From the human T2T-CHM13v2.0 reference genome, Homo sapiens, in assembly GCF_009914755.1 (NCBI RefSeq), contig NC_060929.1: a stretch of 64,000 nt of DNA; one strand, written 5' to 3'. Position numbers and translations under genes: made by a program. This document shows, piece by piece, positions 26,791 to 42,141 of the stretch; within the stretch, counting starts at the first letter, position 1, and each line of letters starts with the position of its first letter. Below the pieces are notes generated by a model that ran no database searches, was not told the origin of the DNA, and saw nothing but the letters and a program-made list of their open reading frames with translations.

Positions 26791-26954
26791 CTCTGCCATC
26801 CATGGCTATAGAGGAAACTGAGGACAATCCCCTAGTCTCTAGGGGGCAGTATGCACTGTGTCTATAACTGATGAAGATCAGATCACAGACAGAACAGCAC
26901 ATCTTCCCAACAGTGGGAGAGCACATAGTTGCTCAAAATGTTCACTGAGTAAAT

Positions 26955-27496
26955 AAGTAAATGGATGAATAAACAGACAGATAGGTGAGTGGATGGATGG
27001 ATGGATGGATAGGTGGGTAGATAGGTGTACGGATGGGTAGGTGGATAAGTGGGTGGATGAATGGGTAGGTGAGTAAATGGGTTAATGGGTGGATGGATGG
27101 GTGGATGGATGGATGGATGGATGGATGGATGGATGGATGGATGGACGAATGGATGGATGGATGGGTAAATGGGTAGGTGGATAGGTGGATGGTAGATGGA
27201 TGAGTGTGAGACGGATAGGTGGATGAGTGGGTGAATGGATAAGAGGATGGGTACATGGATGGACGGGTGGATGAGTGCATGACAAATGGGCGAGTGGGTA
27301 GATGAATAGGTGGACGGGTGAGTGGGTGAGTGGATAAGAGGAGGATGGGTAGATGGATGGATGGGTGAATGAGTGAGTAATAAATGGGTGAGTGGGTAGA
27401 TGGATAGGTGGATGGGTAGGGGAATGGATGGGTAGATCAGTAGGTGGGTGGGTGGATGAGTGGATGGGTGGGTGGACGGATGGGTGGGTGGGTGAA
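26955..27496 (+). repeat. ~540-bp complex (TGGA/TGGG/TAGG)n array
   Basis: Direct reading; perfect (GGAT)n core near 27103-27145; explains the His/Pro-rich ORFs on the minus strand. Confidence 0.95.
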
Positions 27497-29149
27497 TGTC
27501 TTGCTCTCATAGAAAGGTACTCATCATCACAAGGCCATGGGAAAAAAATCTGGTGGAAGAGGTCACTGGGTCTGGTGGGTACTACAGAGGAGGTGGGGCT
27601 TAAATTGGATGCGTTGGGGGGGCCAGGGAGGGACTGAGGACTAGTCTTTCTTGGTACTTTCAAATATTTAAAACTCACACAACTCCATGAGGTTGGAATG
27701 AAGTTGAGGAAACTGAGGCTCAGAAAAGTATAATGACTAGTCAGGGCCACAGAGCCAGGAAATGGCAGCCGGGATGGAAACGCAGGTCTGAGCCAAGGCC
27801 CTTGTGTGGGCTCTCCTCCCAGCCTGCAGTCTGCCTGGGACCCTCTGTCTGCAGTGTCAGAAAATGAATTGGGAGGACAGCAGTCTCAAAGTCCCATCCT
27901 GGCGATGCTCAGGGCCCCCTGGGAGGCCCAGGCCGGATCCTCCCCACCTCTCGGAAACTCATGTCAGCGGCCTGACAGCTGTATTCCACTGGCCGGCCAC
28001 AGCTGCCACTGAGGCCCTTGTTCCCAAGGCTGAATGTTCCACCACTTTTTTCCTGGCACCCCAGGCCTGACGGCCGCTCAGGAAAGCTACTGTACTTGTG
28101 AGAAAAGTGAGGTCAGTGCATGTTTCCATTTACTCGGAGAAGGAAAACAAAAACAAATATTCTCGCTACTGAATGTGCTTTTTATTCAGCAGAATCCATC
28201 CCCAGAAGGCTGAATTTATGGTTCACGCATGTGTCCCTGAGCATATTTACCAGGGGACATGGTGGGGAAGGCAAGAGGGGCCTGTGGCCCTGGTGTGTCT
28301 TGGCAGGGGCTTCAGTTTCTGCAGCAGCAAGGGGGCTAGAGAGTGACAGACAGAAGATGGTGGGTCAGGATCACAGGAGTGGAGGGAGGCTTGGGGGCAA
28401 ATGAAGGATAGTGAATAGGATGGCTGCCTGCAACTCTGCTATGCACATGTGGTTCTGGGGCTTAGAACATCCTTCCCTTACTTTTCAGTCTGGCAACCAA
28501 ACTCCTACTCAGTCTCCAAAGCCCAGTTCAGTCTTCCCTGAATGTTCTGGGCAGAGTTGGCCCCCTCTCCGTGGAGCTTGCTGACTCCCTGCCCATCCAT
28601 CATGGGACCCGCCACCTGGTATGTCCCCCTCTAGATGAGGAGCACCTAGGGGCAGGGGCCGTGGTGACAGACATCTGAAAGCCCAACCCAGGCATGGTCC
28701 ACAGTGAATGAACGAGTGAGCCTGAGTGAGAGCGCAAGCCTGTGGGGAGAGTGTGTGGGTTGCAGAGCAAACCTAGTGGAGTCTCTGAGGCTCTACAGGT
28801 CAGTGGCCTGAAGGAGCAATCTGCTGGGGTTGGGGGGTGGGGCTTGCACAAAATCTGGGGCCAGGTTCAGGAGGTATGATTTGATGGTGGGATAAGGGGC
28901 ATGGCTGAGGTGGCATGGGGACAGCCGACAATCACTCTCCTGAGGCGACTCAGTTTACCTATATCCAGGCTTACCTGGCCACAGATATGGCCATGAGCCC
29001 CTGCAGGTTCAGCTCACTCTCACCTTGTGCCCCATTCATGCCCTACCCCCATCCTCAGATGCACCCCAAACCTCTCCAGCCTTCTGCCTCTGCCCCCTTT
29101 CTCTCTCTTCTCAGGACCCAGGGGATCGATGTTCTGCTCACTGGCACTT

Positions 29150-29320
29150 TCTGGGTATGTGGTCAAACCCACAGTTCTGGATGCCACCCCCTCCACCCCC
29201 TAAGCCTCAGTTTTCTTATCTATGAAATGGAAGTTGTGATCACTGCCTCACTGGGTCATAACTGAGCTTCTATGTGCAAAGCACCTGGCACAGTGCCTGG
29301 GACAGAGTAAGCACTCAGTT
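29150..29320 (+). mobile_element. MIR
   Basis: aagcctcagttttcttatctatgaaatgg...agcacctggcacagtgcctgggacagagtaagcactca. Confidence 0.8.
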
Positions 29321-30301
29321 CCTTCCTTCTTTCCACAGATTCTATTTGGTCTTCTCCTCTTCTGATCGTGAAGTCCACCCCTCCCCAACCACCCCCAGCA
29401 AAGATCTGTCCAACCCTGAAATCTTAGTGGCCACAGGTTAGACCTGTCCCCGGCAGCCTTGTGACCTTCGTGATGTACGGCTTAGGTCAGGAGGGTGTCA
29501 TTTGGCTGTTTGCCCCATTCCCCTCGCCCCCTCCAGACGAGAAGGGCTGGGAAACTTGACTTCATTTATTTTCATACATGAGAGAGAGAGGGAGAGAGAG
29601 AGCCAGGGCGGAGGGGGCAGGAGGGGGTGGGAGGGGCTGGGAGAGCCAGGAAGGATATTGGGGGCCTCAACCCCTCTTGTCTCCTGCTCGCCCAGGTCTG
29701 GCTCTGTGCCCAGTTACCAAAGAAAGCCACAGCTTCTGCAAAACATGCTGACAAACTCATGCCACAGTTGGAGGACCTGTTGGGGAGCGTTAGAAGCCAT
29801 GCTGGCTACTGAGAGTGGATGAAGGTCCCTTCTCCTCCTCTTCCTACCCAGTGACTTTCATCTCTGAAAGTAGGGGAAACATTGCCTATAAATTACTCTC
29901 TTTCACAGACAGCACATTTCTCTTTATGAATCACGCGGGATCCACCTTCAGCCTCAGTGTGTGTAAAACAACAAATCAGGAGAAATTTGACTTGACCCAA
30001 GCAGGGAAATTTCCATCCATCACAAGAGGAAAATGTTGGTGCAGCAGGGAGGGGCACAGAGCTGGTGACAGTCAGCAGTGGGTGAGCGGCAGGGCAGGGG
30101 TCCAGCCAGGGCTCTCCACACTCCAGGGTGGGTGGGAGATGGGTCGCTACTGAGACACCAGCAGGCTCCAGCAGCAGCAGGTTCTGGGGCTGCGGTGACT
30201 CCCTGGTCTCTCAACGAGCATTCCCCAGACCTTCTCTCACACTCCTCAAGGCCTTGCAGGTCACCTGGCTCAAAGTCACTCCTGCCAGATGGGACAGTTT
30301 C

Positions 30302-31355
<1,054 letters not shown>

Positions 31356-31552
31356 AATATATTTACCATTCATTTAGTGGAAATGGATCATCATAAAGGT
31401 CTTCATCCTCACTGTCTTCCCAATGAGTAGGCTGAGGAGGGTGAGGAAGAGGAGGGGTTGGTCTTGCTGTTTCAGGGGTGGCAGAGGTGGAAGAAAATCC
31501 ATGTATAAGTGGATCCTCACAGTTCAAACCCGTGTTGTTCACGGGTGAGCTG
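31356..31552 (-). mobile_element. Tigger2a/MER28 5' fragment
   Basis: ggatcatcataaaggtcttcatcctc...ggaagaaaatccatgtataagtggatcc...cagttcaaacccgtgttgttca...gctg followed by TA. Confidence 0.88.
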
Positions 31553-31606
31553 TAATTAGATTCATCATAATTTCTTGGCTCACCATGTACTATGATTATC
31601 GGTTGA

Positions 31607-31927
<321 letters not shown>

Positions 31928-32892
31928 AATTTTATTTTTAATTATACAAGGAACATGATGAAGCCAGCGCCCACCCAAGCCCTCCTAGAACATGATCACA
32001 ACTCACATTTCTCCATATGGACCTCTCTTGTCTTGTCTTCCTGCTTTCCCCCAGAGGGAAGCACTGTCCTGACTTCTGTGTTTGTAGTTTCCTTGCTTTT
32101 GAATCATATATTTATAGTTTTTCATATCCATATGTATGCCTTAACAATATGTTGTTTAGTTTTTCTTGTTACAAAAAGTGTGTTCCAGAAATCTCAGACT
32201 TGCTTTTTCTCCTTTAACGTATGTTTCTAAAATTTATCCATGTTGCTGCATGTAGCTGTAGTGTATTGATTTTAACTGTTGTAAAATAACCATCTGTGTA
32301 TACACCACAATGTATTTTCCCATTCTCCTATGGATAGGCATTTAGATTCTCCTAACGAGCTTCTGTTGGGTCTATATCTAGGATAGGAATTACTGGATTT
32401 TAGGTTATGCAAAGTGCAGTTTATAAAATGGAGCAAAATTGATTTCCAAATTCATTGTACCAATCCTTACTCTCACCAGCAATATATAAGAGATCCTGTT
32501 GAACCATCTTATCTACAGAATCTGGTATTGTCAAGTTTCTTCAGTTTGGCAAATCCAGGTAGCCTTGATGTACATTTTCCTGTAACTAATGAGATTGAAC
32601 ATCTCTCCATATTTTATTAACCAAATATATTTCCTCCTTTTTGAAATACCTTTTCCTGTCTTTTGCCCATTTGTCTAGTGATTTGCTTTCTTCTTCTGAT
32701 GATATTGACAATTGTGTCTTCTCCTCTCCCCTTTTGTTCCTCATCTGTCTGGCTAGAAGTTTATTGATTTTATTGATCTTTTCAAAGAACTATGTTTGCT
32801 TCTATTGATTTTTCTCTACTGCTTGTTTTCTATTTATTTTTTCCTTCATTTTATTCATTTCATTCCTTCTGTATACTTTGTGCTTAATGTGC

Positions 32893-33205
32893 TTGTTGTT
32901 TTGTTTTGTTTTTGAGACAGAGTCTTGCTCTGTTGCCCAGGCTAGAATACAGTGACATGATCACAGCTCAGTGTAGCTTCAACCTCCTGGGCTCAAGTAA
33001 TCCTTCCACCTCAGCTTCCTAAGTAGCTGGGACTACAGGTGTGTGCCACAATGCCCAGTTGTTTTTGTTTTTGTTTTTTGTTTTTGTTAGAGACAGGATT
33101 TCACCATGTTGCCCATGCTGGTCTCAAACTTCTTGGCTCAAGTGATCTGCCTGAGACAGTCTCCCAAAGTACTGGGATTGCAGGTGTGAGCCACCACACC
33201 CAGCC
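32893..33205 (-). mobile_element. AluJ
   Basis: atcacagctcagtgtagcttcaacctcctgggctcaag; (TTTTG)-type tail. Confidence 0.93.
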
Positions 33206-33371
33206 TCCTGCTCTTCTTTTTCTCGTTTCTTAAGGTGAAACTCCTGTCATGATTTGGAACCGCTACTCTTGATTTGGAACTGCTACTCTTTTCTAATAAT
33301 GCTAATGCTGTAAATTTCCCTCTAATTGCTGCTTTAGCTGTATCCACAAATTTTGATATGTTGTATTTTCC

Positions 33372-33669
<298 letters not shown>

Positions 33670-35009
33670 ATATTTTCCTTTTTAATCAGCTCAAAAGATT
33701 TTCTTTCTCTGGTGATTACTTCTTTGACCCCTGGGTTATTTAGAAATATGTTTAATTTTGAAATATTGAAGAATTTTCTAGATCTTTTTCTGTTATACCT
33801 TTGTATTCTAATTCTTTTGTGGCCAGGGAACATACTTTTTAAATATATTTCTACTTTTTATTTTGAACTAATTTTAGGCTTACAAAAAAGTGGCAAAATT
33901 TGTACAGAGAAATTTTATACATTCCTCATTCAGCTTTCCTTAAGGATAACATTTTATATAACTACAGTACAATTGTCAGAACCAAGAAACTAACATTGGT
34001 ACAATACTTTTAAGTAAATACCACATTTTAATTTTGCCAGTTTTTTTGTTAAATCATTTTTCCACCTCAGGATCTCAGTCCAGGGTCCCATGTTACATTT
34101 AGTTGTTTTTCTGAGCTCCCCTTAATCTCTAATAATTCCTCAGTCTTTCCTTATTTGTCATGACCTGTCTACTTTGAGAGATTATTGATTGGTTATTTTA
34201 TCAAATTCCCCAGATTTATCAAATCTGGGCTTGTCTGATATTTTTTGATTGGAGGTTTTTGTCTTTTTGACAGGAATACACAGAAGTTGGATCCTACTTC
34301 GTGCATGATATTACGGAGTTTATGATGTTGACATGTCTTCATACTGATGATCTTGATCACCCCCCTCTGCCTAGTTTTTTACCATAAAGAGAATATATTT
34401 TTCTTTATAAATAATAAATGTCATGGGCGAAATAGTTTGAGACTATGCAAATTTGTTTTTCCTACACTTTCATCATTAATTTTAGAACCCATCAGTGGAT
34501 TTTTGTCTGTGACAATTACTACTGTGGTGTTTGTCTCATGGTACTTTTCTACTTCCCTCTTACCTTCTGCATTTACTCATTATAATTCTACTATATGAAA
34601 GAGCTGTGCCTTCTCTCCTGTTATTTATTGAATCAAGTACTTACTTATATCAATATGGACTCAATGAATATTGATTGTATAGGTTATAATCCACTACTTT
34701 CATTATTTCATTGTTTCATTGCTCAGATTGCCTCAGCTTTGGACATCAGGAGCTCTTCAGTTTGGCTCCTGTTTTTCTTTCAACAAGACTACATCTTTTA
34801 AATTTTTTGCCAACAAAAGATGTTCCAGGTTCATCTTATATTTTCTCTGTCTTAGTCCTGGACTCAATCATCCACTTATCCAAATAACCCTGGTTCCTTT
34901 TATTGGAGAATGATGTTTAGAAGCCAAGATCTGGGTGATAGTTGTGCTCATTAATGCTGGGGTGTTATTGCTTCTAGGCCCTCTAGTGGACAAAGCTACT
35001 AACACACCT

Positions 35010-35051
35010 GTACACACCAAACACACACACACACACACATACACACACACA
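35010..35051 (+). repeat. (CA)n
   Basis: acacacacacacacacacacatacacacacac. Confidence 0.9.
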
Positions 35052-37861
35052 ACTTTCTCTCTTTCTCTTCCATCTATCCATGCCTTAAGAACCATGTCTT
35101 TATACTGATATTTCAGATTAAAATTAAACACCATAGGATTCTTTATTTATAATTTCTTTCTCAAGTGGCAAGAAATCTGGTTCTTTTTATAATCTTATAC
35201 ATTTATATTTTCATAACCAGTTATTCTCTAATTCATTTGCACAAAAATTTGCAAAGTTATCATGTATATGTTTAAAATTTGTATTTGATTCTATGTTTAT
35301 CTTTCTCCTTGTCATTTCACATTTTGTATATTTGTGCTTTCTTCTTTTTATCCTTGATTAAATTAGCTAGTATTTTGTCCTTTTTGTTGATTTTTTAAAC
35401 CAAGATTTTAATTTATTAATTAGATCTTTATTGTCTTCCTCATTAGTCTCTGCTTTTATCATGTTATTCCTATTCTTTTGCTTTATTTTGGTTTGCTTTG
35501 CTTTTGTTGTTGTTCTAGTTTTTTGAGTGAGCAAGTTAACTAACTGAATTTGTTTTTCATGTTTATTGAGTAAAGTATTAAGGTAATGAGTTTTTCTCTG
35601 ATCACTGTTTTAAATGCATCCCATAGATTCTGATATGGATTGTTTTCATGTCATTAATTTTTAAAAATTCTGTTATTTCAGTTTGTATTTCCCTTTTACC
35701 TAGGAGTTGTTTAATAGGCTTTAAAATTTCCAGGTAGAAGGACCTGTATTTTTTTGATATTATTAAGATTTCATTGTGACCAGAGAGTATTGTTTGTATA
35801 ATCATTTTTATTTCTAATGAAAGTTACTGACGTTTTCTTCATGATCCTTTATTGTGAATCTGCTGTGGACATTTAAGACTTCTCTGTTATCAATCTATGT
35901 CTATAAAAGCTATCCTATTACGTTCAGATTTTCTCTCCCTCCCTGCCCCATCATCTGTCCTGTAGTGAAAATTATTATTATTGGTGTGTTAAAGATTATT
36001 GGTGTGTTTCTATCTTCTGGTATCTGTTGACTTGTTTCTTCATGGAGATGGTTGTAGTGTTATTTGGTGCATAAATATTAATAAGTTATATTTTTATTCT
36101 AGGTTGTGGCTTTTAGCATTAAGAAGTATCCTTCTTTGTCATGTTTAATGCTCTTTGGCTTGAATTCTACCTTGCCTAGTATCAGGATCACTTTTTCCAC
36201 TCATTTGATTTTGGTTTTTTTTTTCCACTTGTTACATATAATTTATTTTTAGCCTTTCCAAATCGCTTTATTTTTAGCCTTTCTGAATCCCTTTAATTTA
36301 GATTTATCTCTTTTATACAGCACATAGTTAATTTTGTTTTGTGAGCCAACTTCTAAATCTTTTTTTAAAGGTGAGCTAAGCCCATTCACATTTATTGTTA
36401 TAACTGACAGGTTTGATCTCAACTGTATCATAATATTTATGATAATGCATATTTTGTTAATTTGCTGTTTTTCTTAAAGGATAGTCTTTATGTGGTTTAA
36501 ATCCACTTGAGTTTTTGACACTTGTTTTACGGGCCAGCATATGGTTTATCTTGTTTTTTGTAATTGGTTTGTAAGAGCTCTTTACATATTAAGGATAGAG
36601 ATCCTATGTCAAATGTGTTGCAAATCATTCCTGTTTGTTTCTTTCTCTATTTTTATAGCACTTCTCCTTGCAGAACAGGGCTAACTCATAGGCAGTGCTG
36701 CCAGAGTTGGCCCTTTCTGTTTCTAGTGGATGTAAAGGGTAATTGTCTGAAAAGAGACAGTTAAGGAAAAGCAACATATTAAAAAGAGTGAATATTTCCC
36801 TGTTATTCACATAGACTACTTGAATCTACTCTACCTGCGACTGTCTTCATTTAGATCCTCATAATTTCTTTCCTGGATTATTAGGCAACTCAGTTAATGA
36901 TTTGTCACCAAAAGTCCTTGTTTGTAGACTATACGCTACCTTCAAGAGTTTTTCTTAAAATTATTTGGTTTTGTTATTTATAAATCACATAACACATTTA
37001 TAAATATGATTTACAAATTTCCTGACTCTACAAGATAGATAGATATCAATTATTCAAATAACAAAATGTGGCTGGTGCTCAGCTCTCATATGGACAAATG
37101 TTAATAAATTTTCATGATCCAGTTGATGTGTCTGAGTGGTGATAGAGTATCATGTATGATACAGTCACTTTATGTTATGAAATGATTTATCCAGACAGGA
37201 TGATCAAATACCCTGTGCATCTCCTAAAAGTTATAAGGGAAGTGGGAGTAATTAACATCAACAGCACGTCTCGTCTCTCTCCTCCCAACCCCAGCTTGTC
37301 ACACTCCTGTCACACTGCATTCAAAGCTCTTTAATCACCTCAGGCTCTCTCAAACCTCCCTGCCTCAACCCTTTACAAAACCCTTTCCTCAACCCAATCC
37401 CTTGTCTTAGCTAGCAATTTCCAACTCATTCATCAAGAGCCTGCTTAGCTGTCATTTCTTGGTTATGGTGGCGGAACGTGGGGTCCTCCAAGGTGTGCGA
37501 GTGTTAACTGTCTGGGAGGAGTAGCACTCCTGCACCGCCCGTTCTAGAATGGCTCCTTCCCATCTTTCAGGATTCTTCATCCTACAAGTCACGCCAGCCA
37601 GGAAGCCTTCCCTGGACCCTTGACGTCTCAGCCAGGAGTCTATTCTGTGTTCTGGATCATCCTTTATTTTCATTTTTATTCTCCTACAGGGTCATTGCCT
37701 GTCTCCCAGGCAACTTCCCCCATTAGAAAGGGGGCTTTCTGGAGCAGGAACCATGTCTTTCTTGTTCACTACTGGGTCTCTAGATCTTAGCACAGTGCCT
37801 GACGCTGAAGGCAGAAGAAAGATTCCTTGAAAGATAAATTCAGGACTGTGGCTGGTGCTCA

Positions 37862-37893
37862 GCCTACATGTACTACATGTAGTACATGTAGGC
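37862..37893. repeat. Perfect 32-bp palindrome
   Basis: GCCTACATGTACTACATGTAGTACATGTAGGC equals its own reverse complement. Confidence 0.97.
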
Positions 37894-38429
37894 ATTTCAC
37901 ATTAATCAAGGTGATTATTTAAGCCTCAGTTCCTATATCTACAAATAGAGAAAGGGTTATGGTGAGAATTACATAAAACCACATTTGCAAAATGCTTACC
38001 AGTGAGCTCAGCACTTAGTGCTCAATAAATGATAACAATGACCATCACTACTCAGGAATTACCAACGAGCCCCTTCTGTTGCAAAGGCCATCTCTGAAAT
38101 GTAGTTTGAGAAAGTAACTAAAAGACTATAAGCATAAAATTAAGGTTCTTTGAGAAAATAACCCATATCAGACATCCAGAGTTACAGCCATATTAACAGA
38201 TTCACAAGCTCTGGCCAGTAGTACTGATGCTTTACTAATTGGAAAAATTAATATTCCAGGAATGTTCTAGACACCTCACTTTGAAGAAACACTAAAACTT
38301 ATACTTGAAAAAATATGATCACGAGTGGTCTTGGCAGAGTTCCAAAGCAAATGTGGAAATTGAAGAATTCGAAGCACTATTATCACTCTGAGAAAGCAGC
38401 TGGCTTCTCAAATATGAACCTACCACTTG

Positions 38430-39270
38430 GTGGAAGTAAAGCTCATTTGTGTGAGTGACAAGTGCAAAGGTCATATCATACCCCATGCTAAAACCTTCCA
38501 GTGTCTTCACATCACACTTAGAAAAGGCCCAGCTCTTCACCACAGGCCTCTAAACCTTGGTGATATGGCCTCTGCCAGCTTCTCTGAACTCATCTACATT
38601 CCTGCCACAAGTTCCTTCTAATGCATCTCACTCCTCCTGGCCCCAGGGCCTTTGCACTTGCTGCCTAGAGTGCTCCTCCTTCAGGTCTTTGCACAACTGC
38701 TCCTTAGCATTTTGGTCTTCTTACCTCCAATGTCTCTTCTTCTTCTTCTTCTTTTTTTTTTTTTTTGAGATGGAGCCTTGTTCTATTGCCCAGGCTGGAG
38801 TATAGTGGCGTGATCTCGGCTCACTACAACCTTCGCCTCCTGGGTTGAAGCAACTCCCCTGTCTCAGCCTCCTGAATAGCTGAGATTACAGGTGTGTGCC
38901 ACCATGCTCGGCTAATTTTTGTAATTTTAGTAGAGATGAGGTTGCGCCATGTTGGCAAGGCTGGTCTCGAACTCCTGACCTCAGGTGATCCACCTCCTCG
39001 GCCTCCCAAAGTGCTGGGATTTCAGGTATGAGCCACCACATCTGGCCCAGTGTCACTTCTTCTAGGGAACCTCTGGCCTGCCCTAAGTGCACTCATTCCA
39101 AACGCTGCCTCTGTCCCTTTGGCACTTGTCACATCTAAAATAAAGCTATTATCTAAATATTTGTTGTTTGTCTCTCTGTGAGGAAGTAGACATTGTCTAT
39201 CTTGTTTACCATGTCTGTACCTAGAACAATGCTTGGCATATAGTTGGTGCTCGGTAAATACTTGTTAACA
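38430..39270 (+). mobile_element. L2 interrupted by an Alu
   Basis: ctaaaaccttccagtgtcttc...cccagggcctttgcacttgctg; 3' end cctagaacaatgcttggcatatagttggtgctcggtaaatacttgtt. Confidence 0.8.
38745..39047 (-). mobile_element. AluS (Sx-like)
   Basis: Full reverse dimer; TSD ca(a/g)tgtc(t/a)cttctt. Confidence 0.96.
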
Positions 39271-40759
39271 GGTGCTGCATCTGGCTGCGTGGACAGTCTC
39301 AGGTGTATTTTTCTCCAAGGCACTTGGTCATCAGACTGAGTCCTGCCCTGATCAGATTACACCCAGCTCATTGAAGCTATGAAAATCCCCAAGCAGTAAT
39401 AACAATGGTCAACGAATATCTGCTTGTTTGTGTACTTCATCTTGTTCTGGAAAGGAGCTGTGGTAGAGCAGTGCACACGAGTTAAAGAAACACCATGAGC
39501 AGACATTTAGGACCAGAAAAAGGGCCATTTGCCCAGGAGGCCAACGTGGGAGAAAGTGAAAGGTATTCAGGACATGAAGTCTGAAGAGCCACAATGACTG
39601 CACTCTTACTGTAAACTTGTTCCTGAGCTTCTTGGCAGGTATTTCTCTAACTCTCTATTGTCCACAAAGACAAACCATTCCCTTTTTCCAAGAGAATCAC
39701 AGAGTTCTTATTTGTCACCTGGGGCAGGTAACAAACCCAATGAAAGATGAAGTGGATGATGCCTTTACACCATATCCCTTCCATCCACTCAGCAACTGGT
39801 TCCATAAAATTGTTTCCTACAAAGCCTGGAAACGTGGCAGGACACCAAAGCGCACTGACGCCATGAATCACGGCAGCTGACTCCGCTCCAATAGCTACTC
39901 GCACAGCTTTTTCACCTTATGTGGATCATTTCTCCTTTCTGAGTGGTAGCTTTCTCATCTGAGGAGATTCATGGTATTTTTTCCTGAATCATATTGACAC
40001 ATCACACATCATGGAAAGACAAGAGAAACATTATTATTATCTTTATCACGCAGACCGTGTTCGGAGGGTGAGCAGCTGGAGGAGTATTCTTCCTTGCAGT
40101 TTGTCCAAGACATGGGCAAACTTTTGATGAACCCACAGGAGACCTGTCTTCTGCTGGCTAATTTACTGGAACGCTGTTGGGAAATAGGAACCACAGGAAG
40201 ACAAGGCTTGATTTCCCAGGACGAGCGGGTGAGGGAGGTCTCCCCTGGACTTGGAGAAGAAAGGGTAATTATGTTTCATCTTCTCTTAGGGCAAATTGCT
40301 GCTGTGGACCTGCCCACATGGGGGCTGAGAGCCCCGGCAGCTCCAAGGCCGACTGTCATTTTCCCAGGTGCGAGGGTATCTTTAGTAAGTGCTCCTGGGA
40401 AACTGCCACTCACACTCTGCCTGGCCTTGTAAAGGATCCCAGAAGGAAGAACCAGAGAAGGGACAGAGCAAGGAAGAGCTGGCTTTTTGTATGGCTGCTG
40501 ATGGCCCCCTTCACTTAACCCCGGTCGGCAGAGAGCCTGGGCAGCCGCTGGGAGGTCTGCATCTGGCTCTCTTGGTGTCTGGGGTAGAGTTCCCATCCCA
40601 CCAGGTTGGGGCCCTGTCACTGGCCAGAGCCTGCTGGAGCCTTGGATTACAGGGCAGCAGGAGACGTGCAGAGAAGCACACATCTATTGAGCAGCCACCA
40701 TGTACCATTTTCCATGGCCCATGCGCTTTCTTCCCATTCCCCAGAGCACCCACGAAGCT

Positions 40760-40890
40760 GGAACTATCTGACAGATGAGAACATGGAGACTTAGAGAAGG
40801 GAAGTGATTTGTTCAGTCAAACAGCCAGCAAGCAGTGGAGCTGGGATTTGAACCCAACTTACAGATTTCAAAAAGCTGTGCAGTTTTGTG
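40760..40890 (-). mobile_element. MIR
   Basis: acagatgagaacatggagacttagagaagggaagtgatttg...gggatttgaaccca. Confidence 0.8.
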
Positions 40891-41557
40891 GTGAGGGCTA
40901 AGAAGGGAGAGTAATAGGAGGTGGAGAAGGAGGAGCCAGGCAGGTAAATGAAAAAGGAAACGGGTTCCTTCTCCGTGAAACGGAGCTAGACGAGCAGCTG
41001 ATTCCAGAGGTTGTGACGATTCTACAGAAATGCATGGTTGGGGTTCTCAGCCCAGCGACCTCCACGGCTCTTGCCTGTCAGCCCACCCTCTGGCTTCCAG
41101 GGTCTTCCCTAGGGGTCCCTAGTTTCTTGCTTCCCATCTAGAAGCACCCCCTCCTTCCCCAAGTGTCACCTCCCTCTCCCCGTCCCCCACCCCAGCCCAG
41201 ACCCTGGACTAATGCATTGCAGCTTGAGCTTGCAGCCAGCCTGCTGGCTCCTCTGCTCTGCTCGTTCCCCGCCCAGCTCAGCCATCACTTCCAATCACTC
41301 CAGTACAAAACATTCTGCCAGATGCAGCCTGCCGACATGGTCTTGCCTGGCCCTTGGTCACCAGCACCTGGTTGTGAGCTCAGACCTGTGGGGGTGGATG
41401 CACCACAGACTCCAAGGTCAATGGCTCACCAAACCCTCTCCCTCCATGACCCTGGGGCTTTTGAAAAGCACCAACCTGTGCACTGTACGTTTCCTCACCA
41501 CCAGTATCCCCCATTGCTCCTTTCCCAGTCACAAGGGAAAACCACTGTGGACACTAG

Positions 41558-42106
<549 letters not shown>

Positions 42107-42141
42107 TAAGCATCTTCCATGGCCAGGCACTGCATGGATGA

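Noticed and set aside
26942-27750. His/Pro-rich ORFs (112 and 222 aa)
   Set aside because: Translations of the (TCCA)n array
37862-37893. p53 response element (three CATG cores)
   Set aside because: Cores are spaced 9 bp rather than 10, and the flanks do not fit RRRCWWGYYY
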